DNA of 64,000 bases, from positions 15,996,001 to 16,060,000 of the forward strand of contig CM022676.1 in NCBI GenBank assembly GCA_012295275.1, written 5' to 3'. Below the pieces are notes generated by a model, which was not told where the DNA came from, made no database searches, and saw only the letters and a list, made by a program, of their open reading frames with translations. The stretch comes from Chrysomallon squamiferum (taxonomy: Eukaryota > Animalia > Mollusca). Positions 14,797-27,813 of this stretch are shown in pieces (the first letter of the stretch is position 1; each line of letters opens with the position of its first letter). A program made the position numbers and the translations under genes.

Positions 14797-14941
14797 TTTC
14801 TGTTCGACTGGTGAATGGAGGAGGAATTGCAACACGAGGCAGACTTGAAGTAGAAAACAACGGGACATGGGGAACTGTCTGTGATAATGAATTTGACGAT
14901 AGAGATGCTTCTGTCATCTGTTACATGCTGGGGTTTAATCG
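14797..14941 (+). CDS. Copy 1 SRCR3 (type C), N-terminal exon
   Basis: [47 protein letters not shown]; 145 nt, AG/GT. Confidence 0.92.
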
Positions 14942-15570
14942 GTAAATGGACGTTACTGCATTTTGTAAAACCTTCTATTTATATGGAATATCAGAAAAAC
15001 GTCTAAATGATTTCATTGTAGTTCAAGTTATCATAGATTTTCATACACAAGAATGTACACAGTTATTGAACAAATCCTGAATCTTAAATCAAATTTCAAT
15101 TGATTACCTATTCTAATTTTGTAATTTATAAGAACTATCAAGACATTGCAGTGATGTCGTCCTAAATGCTCATTATACTCATACAGAAATAATATTGTAA
15201 GATTATAAATAAAACCAATATTGATCTCTCTTCTGGTTCATAAATCTAGGTTACTCAAGTAGCTTTTTTAGAACTCGAAATTACATTGTTCTATAGCGAT
15301 GTGGTTAATTGGATATACTGATATACTTTCTTGATAAAGAGATATATGATTCAACTTACTTAGTATTGATTAATGTACAATAGACAAATAATCGTTTGAA
15401 ATATTTTTATCCTCAAAATAATTTCTGCTGAATATACATAGAGAACACCTAAACTTACTGAAAATAATCTCTCTTTTGCTTTGGTTTCTTCATTACTTTA
15501 TTTTTAGCAAAAATCACTTCCATATAATACGTTTTACAATTCTATTTTTTCTCCACATTTCTTTGATCCA

Positions 15571-15631
<61 letters not shown>

Positions 15632-15850
15632 GTTGTTGTTGTTGTTATTACTATTATTAATATTATTATTACGGCAAATAATGTAGTCTTTAGTTAACGT
15701 TAAACATGATTATCTGTGAACATGTGTTTCATTACCTTTCTTCTACCTATAAAAACCTTAATGCATTTGATTAGAGTGCTAATTTGTATATGCCTATGAT
15801 CTTTACATAATCTAATATCCATATATGAAATAGAATAAAAAATAAATCTA

Positions 15851-15906
<56 letters not shown>

Positions 15907-16084
15907 TTATCTTTAGACAAACAACTATCTTTAGCAGCCGATATATTCAAATAAATGAACACAGAGGGTGTGGAAAAGGTATTGAAAGTTTGTAATCCTT
16001 AGATATCATTACCAGGCGTATATATAAACACTGACATAGTGTTCTGTACCCTTCTTCTTAACATTAGACACTTCAGCTTATTAC

Positions 16085-16117
<33 letters not shown>

Positions 16118-16131
16118 TATTAGTAGTATTA

Positions 16132-16209
<78 letters not shown>

Positions 16210-16231
16210 ATTGTTGTTGTTGTTATTTCAG

Positions 16232-16407
16232 TATTGGAGCAAGCGTCTATCCATCATCTCAGTTTGGACAAGGCAGTGGACCTATCTGGCTTGATGGACT
16301 CGACTGTAAGGGAGATGAAGAAAGTGTAGACTATTGTTCATTCTCTGCTTGGGGTGACAACAACTGTAGTCATAATCAAGATGTGGGAATCGGCTGTTTC
16401 GATGGCT
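16232..16407 (+). CDS. Copy 1 SRCR3, C-terminal exon
   Basis: SQFGQGSGPIWLDGLDCKGDEESVDYCSFSAWGDNNCSHNQDVGIGCFDG; 176 nt. Confidence 0.92.
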
Positions 16408-16972
16408 GTAACTAGAGTTATATAGAATTGTTAAAATTACTGATAACAAAATATTTGGTGAACAGACTAAAAGTGATCAATATAGGATATGTCTGAAGAA
16501 TTGTGATAATTAGGTCGTCATGTTTGTTATTATAATTGATGTATTTTACATGTGTGACGAAACGATGGTTCATATCAGAATATGACAATACTAAGTGTTT
16601 GATTTCTCTCACACACACACACACACATAAACAGGGGTTGATAGTGATAGGTCACTAAATGTCATAGTCACGTCTGTATCAATATTACAAACAAACTAAA
16701 CTGTGAACACGACTGTCATGATAAAACATTTTTATGATTATTGTGTTATTATTTTGTTCCGAGTTTATGAAAATAACTGGGATCAAATTAGTGTTAGAGA
16801 TATAACTACATTTTCTATAACTTTACTTTTATTATCAAATCATGTTTTTTGTTTTTTTTTTTTTTTTTTTTTACAATACAAAATAAGAGGATATATTTAT
16901 ATACATTTTTTTTTCTAAACAAATAATGCTACTCTAACTCACTAGAAGCATGTGAACCTATTATTATTTCAG

Positions 16973-17117
16973 TACCAGTGAGGTTAGTGAATGGAAGAGG
17001 AATACCAACCCAAGGACGAGTTGAGATTCAAGTAAACGAGACGTGGGGAACAATTTGTAAATATGGTTTTGACACAAGAGACGCTGGTGTTCTGTGTTCT
17101 ATGATGGGATTTAGTCG
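16973..17117 (+). CDS. Copy 1 SRCR4 (type A'), N-terminal exon
   Basis: [47 protein letters not shown]; 145 nt. Confidence 0.92.
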
Positions 17118-17274
17118 GTAAAAATATATATTTTGTGTTATATTCCTTTTTACCAAAGTGTTCGTAACTAATGCTACTATTACTATTCTAACTATTACTA
17201 CTGCTAGTTTAACTTTACGAGGACCACGACAACCATCTCTATTAGTAATACAGTAATAATGGTACTACTACTGG

Positions 17275-17373
<99 letters not shown>

Positions 17374-17471
17374 CTCATTCTATTATACCTAGCTCTCAAT
17401 GTAATTTTGTTAAAACGTTTGAATAAATAAATTTAAAATGTTGGCTTTCTTTTCTTTGAATTATATTTCAG

Positions 17472-17647
17472 TGAGGGAGCTAAGATCTTTACTGGCAATT
17501 TCCCATACTTTGGAGAAGGTTCTGGTCCAATATGGTTAAATAATCTTGAGTGTAGAGGAAGTGAAAGATCTGTTGAACAGTGTGTTTTTCCTGGTTGGAG
17601 AAACAATAACTGTAGTCACTATGACGATGTTGGGATACTCTGTGAAG
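17472..17647 (+). CDS. Copy 1 SRCR4, C-terminal exon
   Basis: PYFGEGSGPIWLNNLECRGSERSVEQCVFPGWRNNNCSHYDDVGILCE; 176 nt, weak donor G|GTTCGC. Confidence 0.88.
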
Positions 17648-18074
17648 GTTCGCAGCACAGAAATCAATTTTTTGTTGTCTTTGTTTTTCCTTCTATCAGT
17701 ATATAAAGGTAAACATGTAGAATTTGAATGAAATGACGCAATATGAAAACTGTTAGAAATTCTTCAATGTTTGGTTTGTTATGAATATTTGTAGTAAATG
17801 TAACACCCTGTTTATTTATTCCACTATATTTTCTTCACGCTGTGTTCTGTTTCATTTTAAAAAAGGACCTAAAATTGTTTGCGAAATACGAAAATCTTGA
17901 GGTCAATTTATTGCTAAAGTACTGAAACCCATTCAAATTTAAAATCAACAAATGTTTTAATAGACGTCTCAATTCAGTTTTTCTTCTAAATATCTTATCT
18001 TTCTTATTTTTTTTTTTTTTTTTTTGTTGTTGTCTATCTTCCAGTTCTTGTCCTTCTTTCTCTTTTCTCTCCTC

Positions 18075-18146
<72 letters not shown>

Positions 18147-18342
18147 TTATTATCAATTGTTAGTACATAATCAATGATATAATCATCTAAGAAGAAACAC
18201 TGAATTAGTTTTAATATAGATCAACATATTTGTATAGTCCCTGTGATCACTGAGTAAAGGATATTTCCTATATTAATTAATCGTGAAGTGTTTAAATAGC
18301 TGAGCCTACGAATAAGTAAATAACAAATACCCGGATTATATA

Positions 18343-18780
18343 CAGGGTGTCCCCTACGTTTGCATACACATGGTTTTTAACATTGTCGTGATTAATTTGG
18401 TATTCACGTACGTCAGTGGTTAGATCGGGAATTTCCAGGTGCGCGGAATTGGTCGGCGTGGTCCAGTGGAATGGCTTTCCACAATCCCAGACCTCACTCC
18501 GTTTCATTTTTACCTGTGGGGGCATTTGAAGACCATGGTGTATAAAGAAAAATACAAAACATAAATCATCTCAAGCAACGTATCACCATTACAAGCGTAA
18601 CTCCAGCTGAGCTTGAACTTGTTCTTCAGCAGTCGAGGACACGCATTGAAATGTGTTTTCAACATAATGGCAGTCATGTAGAGCACATTATAGAAATAAA
18701 AATTGTTTTTCATATAAAAAAAAAAGAAGAAGAAAAAAACGTTTACTTTTCCTGTGTATCGAATTTTATGGGACATTTTG
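18343..18780 (+). mobile_element. Internally deleted Tc1/mariner-superfamily DNA transposon in an intron
   Basis: TA|CAGGGTGTCCC left end, degenerate GGGACATTTTG|TA right end, transposase C-terminal remnant PDLTPFHFYLWGHLKTMVY and NGSHVEH. Confidence 0.8.
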
Positions 18781-19005
18781 TATATATATATATAGTTCTT
18801 GTTTTCGTTTTTGTTTTTTTCACAATACAGAAACATTTAATGAATTTTAGACTAATCAGATCGCGTTGAGCTCAAACGAAATTTTTTTTTTAGATTAGAA
18901 CGAAAATGAGTCATCAGAATATGGAAAACTGACAAGGACAAATATACGCAATAATTTTCGCTATTTTGTCAACACTAGAATTAAATATTTTATTCTTTAT
19001 TTCAG

Positions 19006-19150
19006 TGCCTATCAAACTAGTCAATGGTGGAGGTATTCTAACTCAGGGTCGAGTTGAGATCAAACTTAACGATACATGGGGAACTGTCTGTGGTGACAGA
19101 TTTGACGATAAAGACGCAGGCTTTATATGTACACTTTTAGGATTCAGTCA
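19006..19150 (+). CDS. Copy 1 SRCR5 (type B'), N-terminal exon
   Basis: PIKLVNGGGILTQGRVEIKLNDTWGTVCGDRFDDKDAGFICTLLGFS; 145 nt. Confidence 0.92.
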
Positions 19151-19342
19151 GTAAGGATGTTTTACCTTCAATTAAACTGTTTAATTGATAAACAGTGATA
19201 AATATGAACACGGTTATATTTGCGTGAGAATAAATGAAATTTGTAAATTAAGATTTGTGTTTGAAAGTAACAGTAACACAGCCTCACCAATACTTGTACT
19301 GACCAAGATCAGACAACTCAGTTTGTGTTTTGTAAATACTAG

Positions 19343-19517
19343 ATTCAACGCAAAGACGTATAAGAATGCTCACTTTGGAGAAGGAACAGGACCAGTGTGG
19401 GTTGATGATGTTAACTGTGTTAAAGATGAAAATGGAGTAAATCACTGTTCTTTCTATGACTGGGGTAACAAAAATGTAGTCATAAAGAGGATTTGGGAAT
19501 TAGCTGTTTAAAACAAG
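19343..19517 (+). CDS. Copy 1 SRCR5, C-terminal exon (-1 nt at about 19475)
   Basis: [35 protein letters not shown] then frameshift in an A-run; CSHKEDLGISCLKQ continues in another frame; 175 nt. Confidence 0.85.
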
Positions 19518-19729
19518 GTATGCTATTTTTGTTAATAGTGTTCTTTCCGTTTTGAAACATATTATATTAGTTTGATGTTTTCCTTATTAAACATACTGAA
19601 TAATGCCCATTACCCTCTCTCTGTCTGTACATTTTTTTGTCTCATTTTTTCTGTGTATATGAATTTATATAATGAACGTGTTTGTATATACTTATGGATG
19701 TGGAAAAACGTCCTTGTAATACATATTAT

Positions 19730-19858
<129 letters not shown>

Positions 19859-19915
19859 TTTTTTAATCAAAATATTTTAAAATTATCTTTTAATCCTTTC
19901 TTGAACTGACTTCAG

Positions 19916-20060
19916 TTTCTGTTCGACTGGTCAATGGAGGAGGAATTGCAACACAAGGCAGACTTGAAATAGAAAACAACGGGACATGGGGAACTGTCTG
20001 TGATAATGAATTTGACGACAGAGATGCTGCTGTCATCTGTTACATGCTGGGCTTTAGTCG
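19916..20060 (+). CDS. Copy 1 SRCR6 (type C'), N-terminal exon
   Basis: [47 protein letters not shown]; 145 nt. Confidence 0.92.
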
Positions 20061-20658
20061 GTAAATAGGCGTGACTGTATTTGTAAACATTTCTGTTTAT
20101 ATCTAACAGTAGGAAATTGCGTCTACAACTTACATTTCACGTTACAATAGATTCTGATCAAAAATGTGCACAACTATTTAAGATTGTGAAATGTTAATTC
20201 AAATTATTTCTTTTTCTGAGTTTGTAGTTTATCAGAATTAAGAACAAATTGCAGTGACGTCGTTCTAAATGGAACTGTTCTCCAATTTTAGTTAGAAAAA
20301 ATAAATATGAAAGATGGTCTAAACTTTCAAATAAGTAAGAATGTTAATTGTTATCATGTAGCGACATTTGTGGCTGAGACTTTTGCGACATTTGCTGACT
20401 GTACACACGTAGTCACAGTATTGTAATTGGCTAGAGAACTGATCATAATCAAAGGAGATATATCTTAATCGAAATATTATTTGGGAACTTTGTTAATGAC
20501 GAAACGTTACGGACCTAAAATCCAGAAATAGCAGTTTCTGTACGTGTGTATATTTCGGGTAAGGGATTCTCGACATATATATTTATATATGAAAATATTA
20601 TTATTATTATTATTATTATCATCATCATCATCGTTATGATCATTAACACTATTTTCAG

Positions 20659-20834
20659 TTTCGAAGCAAAATTTTACATAACATCTCAGTTTGGACAAGG
20701 CAGTGGACCTATTTGGCTTGATGGACTCGACTGTAAGGGAGATGAAGAAAGTGTAGACTATTGTTCATTCTCTACTTGGGGTGACAACAACTGTAGTCAT
20801 AAGCAAGACGTGGGAATCAGTTGTTTGAATTATT
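20659..20834 (+). CDS. Copy 1 SRCR6, C-terminal exon
   Basis: SQFGQGSGPIWLDGLDCKGDEESVDYCSFSTWGDNNCSHKQDVGISCLNY |gtaagt; 176 nt. Confidence 0.92.
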
Positions 20835-21650
20835 GTAAGTCGAAATATATAAAGAATTAGCAACATTATTGAATATATATATATATATATTTCGTGAACC
20901 GACTAAAAGTGAGCAATCTAGAAGATGTAATGAAACAAAACGGAAATATAATGTTAATCAGGTCGGATTCTCTGTTATTTATTTAGTGTAAGTCCATGCC
21001 TGACGTTGTCGTGTTTCATATGAAAATAGTAAGTGTTTTAATAATGTGTACGGCAGGTACAGGATACATGTAAGACAAAATACAAATTTCACCTGTTTTA
21101 AAAGAAAATTTATTCAAGTAGAGATAAAATCGTAACAAAATTTGTTTCATTTTCTTTGTCCTTTTTTTAAATTTATTTATTTAAACCAACATTTTTCGAG
21201 TTTATTTCAAGTTAATTTATTTTTAGGGTCCACATTTTATTATAATTTGTTTAATATTAAAGATGCTGCTTTTTAAACATGTTACTTCACATACTAATTT
21301 TATTTATTTCTTTATCTTTTACCAAAGGATCCCTTAAACTGGCAGAACTATGCCTAAAATCACAAACGAAATAAAACAGGAAATTATTTTTATTTTACTG
21401 AGTTTATTGAAAAGAAAAAAGTAGTTAAAAGTCAAACTAAAACTAAATAACACTAAAAAATTACACGGATTATCTGTGACAACAACATGAGATATAGCCA
21501 TGATCCACGTCGAACATAAAAATGCTTTTAACTAAAAGTAATATCTGTTGACATATTTTGAAAAAGAAAAAATAATATGCATTTTTTAAACAAAATATTA
21601 TTTATTTTGTTTCACTTTTCATAATTATCAAACAAAATATTGTTTTGGAG

Positions 21651-22408
21651 TAACTGGACAAATATGGGTTGATTAGTAAATGGAGGATATGGAAACCAAC
21701 ACAAAAAGGTTCATTTGAGATTCAAAACACAACTGTGGTCACAGGGACGTGGGGTACAATTTGTGATGATGATTTTGATGAGAAAGATGTTCTGTTTTAT
21801 GTCAAATGTTAGGATTTAGTCGGTAATTGTTTTATTTATTTCTTTACCTACTTACTTATTTACTCTACGTCTCTTAATTTCTCTTTTTTTATGTAGTACT
21901 CTATTTTTTCTGATCGATAATATCTTATATAGGTGTATTTTGATTTTACTGACAAAGTTAGTAATGAAGAAGAAAAAGAAGAAGGAGAATAAGAAGATCT
22001 GTCTGAACAATTTTTCTTGGAAGAGGAACAGCAAAAAATTTAATTACACTAATTTTTATCTGTGTCAAGCTCCATGATGATGATGATGATGATGACAATG
22101 AAATGTCGTTTATTACGTAATATTAGAACTAAACAGGATATCTGTTGACGATATTTTGTTTCGTTTGAACAAAATTATATGATTATATTTTTTCTTACAT
22201 TTATTTATTTTGTTTAAGTTTTAATGCTACATCATATCAAACGGTTCTTATGTCATTTGAGGGAACTGGGGACAAATTCTGGCTTAATGATTGAAAAAAG
22301 TATTGTGAAATGGAGATGAAAGAACGTGTTGAAAAGTATGAACACATATAAGTATATTTATATAAAAGTATTTTATATCACTTCTGGATGCTGGAATCAG
22401 TAGTCAAT
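21651..22408 (+). pseudogene. Copy 1 SRCR7 (type A''), both exons degenerate or scrambled
   Basis: Remnants [15 protein letters not shown]...CQMLGFS|gtaatt (about 21745-21822) and FNATSYQ...DAGIS.Q|gtcagt (about 22220-22408) with many indels. Confidence 0.75.
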
Positions 22409-22927
22409 GTCAGTTTACATCTGTTCATTTGACATTTACTCAAAAGCAACCATTCATCAACAAGAAAACGTTTAGCTAGTTGTTCTAAAAACTATAGTCG
22501 TATGTTTTATTTTCTAGTATTAATTTTCCTAGCTTGTGTTTAGTGTTTGTTTATAAGTAAACCTCAAACAAAACAAACCTGCAATTTCAGTAGTATGATT
22601 CTTTAATCAGAGGTTTCTGAAACCATCTTATAATCACAAATAGAATTCATATACTTTTCTTATTACTGTTAACTTCAGTTAAATTAAATCTGAACCCAAC
22701 ATCAAATTTACTCCACATATTGCTGTTTTTGATTGTGCTTTGCATCACTGTTATTTTTTAAAATCACTTATCTTCATCCTAGTCATAATATGTATATTGA
22801 TATATTGAGATTCACTCGTGTAGGTCCGTTGATATATTTTTTCGAATCCTTTGCACATTTACCTTTCAAAACAGAGGCTTAAAGAACCTAATGATTCTTA
22901 TTTATTTATTTAATTATTTATTTATAG

Positions 22928-23182
22928 ATGGACCCCTTTATTTTACATTCAGTCCTTCATCTCCAGGAAACATTGTTGAAGGAGAAACTCTAAATGTGAC
23001 CTGTGTGGCTGATTGTGACTCATCTTGTGTCTACACGTGGAGAAGTGAAGATCGGTATTTCGTCAACAGTTCTGTATTAACTGTTGGTCCTGTGAGCAGA
23101 AATCAGACAGGACAAACATTTACATGTACAGCAAATAATTCCGAACGTTCAGGAAGTAACCAGTTTCAGCTTAGAGTTCTTT
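22928..23182 (+). CDS. Ig-like domain 1 exon
   Basis: GP...VEGETLNVTCVADCDSSCVYTW...QTGQTFTCTANN...LRVL; AG/GT, phase 1-1. Confidence 0.9.
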
Positions 23183-24167
23183 GTAAGTTCCCGATTCACA
23201 GATAAACATAAAACATTAAATAGAGAAATAATATGTCAAACAAAGAAAAACATTAACATAAACATTAAATCCCGGCTTTACATTTTTAATTCCTCTGGAA
23301 AAAATATGTTAAATGAGAGCATGATAATAAAATGTATAAATATAGTAAATTAATATATTCTTCTTCCTGTTCTATTTTCACTCGCATTAAAATTATTATT
23401 TGAACTTTATAACCAGCACTACGTTTTTAATGTAGTTATCTTGTTTTGGTTGAGATACAGATCCAAACCAGTAATGTTTAATCAATGTTAAATGCCTGTC
23501 ACAATAACTCTATTTCTTCATCATATTTTAAATTATATTGCAGTTTTTTCTCTATTCTGCTCTGGAATTGTAAGATTATTCGAACCAGGATGTCTTTCTA
23601 AGAGTTCAAATGAGTGACAGTTTTTTGTAGAATCTACTTCAAATATTTAAGTGATATCATCATTTGTTTTTGAAAGTTCATTACTTTTTTTTTTTTATTT
23701 ATTTTCAAATTCTACTTGTACGGTCATAAGCGAAATTCTCGTCATGTTTAACTGAATATTCAGAGGGAACTGGAGAAACGTGTCTGACTAGAAAGTGTTG
23801 TAGATGTGCTGACACTGATTACATATCGTGTTGTCAGTACTTGTATGAAAAACTTCAGCCTTATTTTGTTATAGCGATACACAAATAAACATTTTTTATA
23901 AATGTCTTTCCTACATTAAGTGATCATGAACAATATTTTCCTTTGAGGATCTTTCTACGTTAATTCTAATTTACTAGAATATGAAAGCGAAAGTTAAAGT
24001 ACTGTAGACAATGCTTTTATCTGCATAACATACACGCATACACAAATATTTTTTGAGTAGTTATCACTACGCGCTGTAGAAAATTCAATTATTAGTGTTT
24101 ATCTGTCTAATCTCCCATCTCAACTGTCTCTGATTCATCGTGTAGGAAATGTTTTCTGTCATTTCAG

Positions 24168-24446
24168 ACCAAACTTCTATCACATCTTTGACGTTAAACT
24201 CAAATTCTACAATGATAACAGTTGATGAGCTGACTCCCATGACTCTGAGATGTGAAGTTGACAGTAATCCAGCATCTCACATCAAACTGTTAAACCGATC
24301 TCAGATTCTACGTGAAGTGAACAACTCCAAGTCAGTGGAGTACAGCTGGAATGAAGCTGGATGTCTGGATACAGGATTTTACACTTGTGAAGCAGGAAAC
24401 AACATCAAGTCTGATGTCAATCAAAGTGTGCAGCTTGTTGGTAAAT
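24168..24446 (+). CDS. Ig-like domain 2 exon
   Basis: MTLRCEVDSNPAS...CLDTGFYTCEAGN...VGK; phase 1-1 (alternative donor at 24440). Confidence 0.9.
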
Positions 24447-25163
24447 GTAAGATATCAACACCAGTTATTGCTTTCTGATAAAAAAAAAATAATGATAATA
24501 AATAAATAAATAAATAAATAAAATAAATTGGAAAAAAAGGAGCTGATAAAAGCAATTCGTAATTCCAACGTTCATTTAATAACCCTTTGAACTAGTTTCT
24601 CCGCGTGTGTTTTTTTTTAAAAATATATATGTATATCTCTGCGTACGTGTTGTTTGTGTGTGTTTACGAGTATGTAAGTTAATATGTGCCAATATGACTT
24701 TATATTCATGTTCTTAACTTAGTGTATCAGTGTATACCGTAATGTATGTGTGTCTATGTGACTGTACATCAAGCTGTTTTACTGCGTGTTTGTGTGTAAC
24801 TCAGTATATGTGTGTATGCTAAGGTACAATCATGTTTGACTTTGTATATGTGTAATACAATATTTTGTGCATGTGACTGTATGTTTCCTTTGTTTTATTG
24901 TGTCTAAGTGTTTATAATTTAATATGTGAATAGCTGAGTGTAACCTTCATATTCTTTAGCTGTGTATGTTTCCAATACTCTGCAATGTTTGTGTTTATTA
25001 TTTGTGTTTTTTTTTTTTAATCTTACACTTGACACCAAATGACCAAAACAAAAATATGTGATGTTAAATTAAACAGTTCTGTCTTTCATTAGTCCAAGTA
25101 ATTACACTAAAGGACTATGCAGTTTTTTATTTAAGTATATTATTTATCTATTTATCGTCTCAG

Positions 25164-25472
25164 GTTCTCCAAGACTTGATCATCGAGTTTCATTCCACGG
25201 AAAGATTAAAACAGCAATCTACATTAACTTGACTCTGAACGTGTCAGTAATAGCGAATCCAGAACCCGTTTTCTCCTGGTACAAAGTTACAGACAAAATC
25301 CCCGTAAGACTGGGTGCTGGCAGCTCAGTCTTTAATGAGAGTTATGCTTCAGCTGTTGGTTATTACACTTTGTACAATGTTCAAACAGAAGATTTTGGCG
25401 TGTATCTCGTGAACGTGTCAAATGGAGACTCGTCGACAGATCTTCTTGTGACGCTGTCGGTTGACACAGACG
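25164..25472 (+). CDS. Ig-like domain 3 exon (lacks the canonical B/F-strand cysteines)
   Basis: SPRLD...LNVSVIANPEPVFSWYK...NVQTEDFGVYLVNVSNG; phase 1-1. Confidence 0.88.
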
Positions 25473-25857
25473 GTAAGAAAACTGATTCTCGTTTGCGTAT
25501 GAATAATGGTTATGTGTACGTGCGAATACTTGTTTCTTTTTTTTCTTTCTTTTTTCTATCGTTATGTACGTTCCTACGTAAGGTTGAACGTTTGTGTTTA
25601 TATATATATATATATATTTACGAATGTATATTTGTATGTATGCATTTATGTGTGCATGCGTGTATAACTGTATGAATGTGTATGTGACTATGTGTGTGTA
25701 TTTGTGTGTGAATGAATGTATGTGTGCATATATGGATGTGTATTTGTATAACATTAAATAAATAAATGGATAATCAAATGAATGAATGAATGAATGCAAC
25801 GATCAACGCAACTGAATACGGTTTAAAACAATTTTCTTCTATTTTATTATTGAACAG

Positions 25858-26154
25858 GACTTCCGACTGTTCCATCTGATGTCAAAGCATACCGGAATGG
25901 TCCAACTTCTTTGTGTGTTTCCTGGACTGAAGAGTTCAATGGGGGACATGGACAATGGTTTTTAGTCCAGTATCGTTTTAACACGACGTCGACGTGGACG
26001 AACGCTGACGAATTCCTAGAAGCAGGAAACCAGTCTACGCACACTACCGAACTGAGCGAGCTGGAGAGAAACAGACGTTACTTGGTGCGGGTTGTGGCGT
26101 GTAACACACTCGGATGTAGAGGCGAGACGACGCAGTTAAGTGTGTCACTTGAAG
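25858..26154 (+). CDS. Fibronectin type III domain exon
   Basis: LPTVPSDV...VSWTEEFNGGHGQWFLVQYR...LERNRRYLVRVVACNTLG; phase 1-1. Confidence 0.92.
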
Positions 26155-26550
26155 GTAAAAACAAAATATGTGACACCACACACTGAATCAAGTCTTAAGT
26201 AGCAATTTGGGTTTTTGAGTTATGTATAATTATGTTAAATGAATTATGACTTAAGTTTCATTGTGTTCGATTGTTTGCTTAAAAGAAAATAATATTCCAG
26301 TATGACGTAACAAATGAATAAATGAATCTTCCTTCGTTATACCTATCAATAACTCCATCTGGCTGTCTCTGTGCCTCTCTATATGTTTGAGTATATGTAC
26401 ACATACTTACACACGTGTCCACCTCTCCCTCTCTTTCACTGTATGAATACGTCTGTATGTCTGTATTTCTTTATGTCTGTATTTCTGATTATCTCTGTAT
26501 ATCACTCTGAGTTTAAAAAAAAAAGTATTATCTGATTAATCTGATTGCAG

Positions 26551-26662
26551 GATTCTGGGGATATTACTTGTATAAAAATATGCTGCACACATTTATCTCA
26601 CGCTATTTAAAAAAATTCTGACAAAAACACGAAAATGTAAACATCAAGAAATCTGATTCAGT
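26551..26662 (+). CDS. Candidate post-FN3 exon, GFWGYYLYKNMLHTFISRYLKKF* (stop at about 26621)
   Basis: ttgcag acceptor and GTGAGT donor; phase compatible with FN3 exon; no homology support. Confidence 0.4.
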
Positions 26663-27048
26663 GTGAGTATCAGTTATCTTTGTCTTAGATAATTTAATCT
26701 AATACAAATTAGTTTCATTGAAAAGTTTAAGCTGGGTAATAAGATTGCTGTTAAATCTGGGAAACATTGTGGTGTTTTGGAATAAAACTGAAGCTACACT
26801 AGAAAGTTTGATATATTCAAACATGGCTTTAGCAACTGTTTTATACAGACTAAACAGCAGTCTGTTTTAGATCTGAACTGATTTTTCAAATCACGCACAG
26901 ACACATAGACAAACACTTCATGTACAGTCAAACCCGGCCCACGTTTTTAATGAAGACGTAATGAAGTTTACTGAAAAGTGGCGTAAAGCTGAATTGAAGA
27001 AATAACGTTTTACAGCGCGGACGTGCTTGCGTGTGTTGTATGTTTGTA

Positions 27049-27085
<37 letters not shown>

Positions 27086-27153
27086 TTCATATGTATTTAT
27101 ATATACATGTATGTATGTATGTATGTATATTTATATATGTTTCTCTGTTTCAG

Positions 27154-27365
27154 AAAAGGCTATGGAGAAAAAAGGAAACTGCTTCAGACAATTAACGAAA
27201 CTGTATTCAGAGACTGTCACATTCTAAGAAAATCTATATGTATATATTCTATACTTATTTGAATATATTTAACAACAAAACAGTAAAGCTAAATAATATT
27301 TGGACGTTTTCTTTTCTGAAATGTACTGTCTGTAATATACACCCGCTAACGTTATATTAATAAAG
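27154..27365 (+). other. Candidate terminal exon / 3' UTR of copy 1
   Basis: Strong acceptor ttctctgtttcag at 27153; AATAAA at about 27359. Confidence 0.3.
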
Positions 27366-27553
27366 TAATTATCCAGTTATAGTTTGGTTTTCATTAAGTA
27401 ATTTTAATTCATTAAACAATTGGGCAAAAATGTGAGACAGAGAGACGTTATGCTTACATTTTTTCTCATTCTAAATAATCGTTTGTATATTTATAATCGA
27501 TATATTTTTTCTTTATTTTTATTTTTCTGATTAATAAAAGTAATGTGTATGGA

Positions 27554-27604
<51 letters not shown>

Positions 27605-27782
27605 TATTTAAACATATTTAAACATATTTAAACAAATTTTGAAATAATTTATTTAGAAAACGCCGCAAATTACCTGCCTGTTGATCAATACCAACCGTTG
27701 TATTTAACTCGACCTTTTTGACGGAGTTAGGTTTGTAAGCTAACAGATGTAATTATGTAAAAATATGGGTTTTAAATATTAA

Positions 27783-27813
<31 letters not shown>

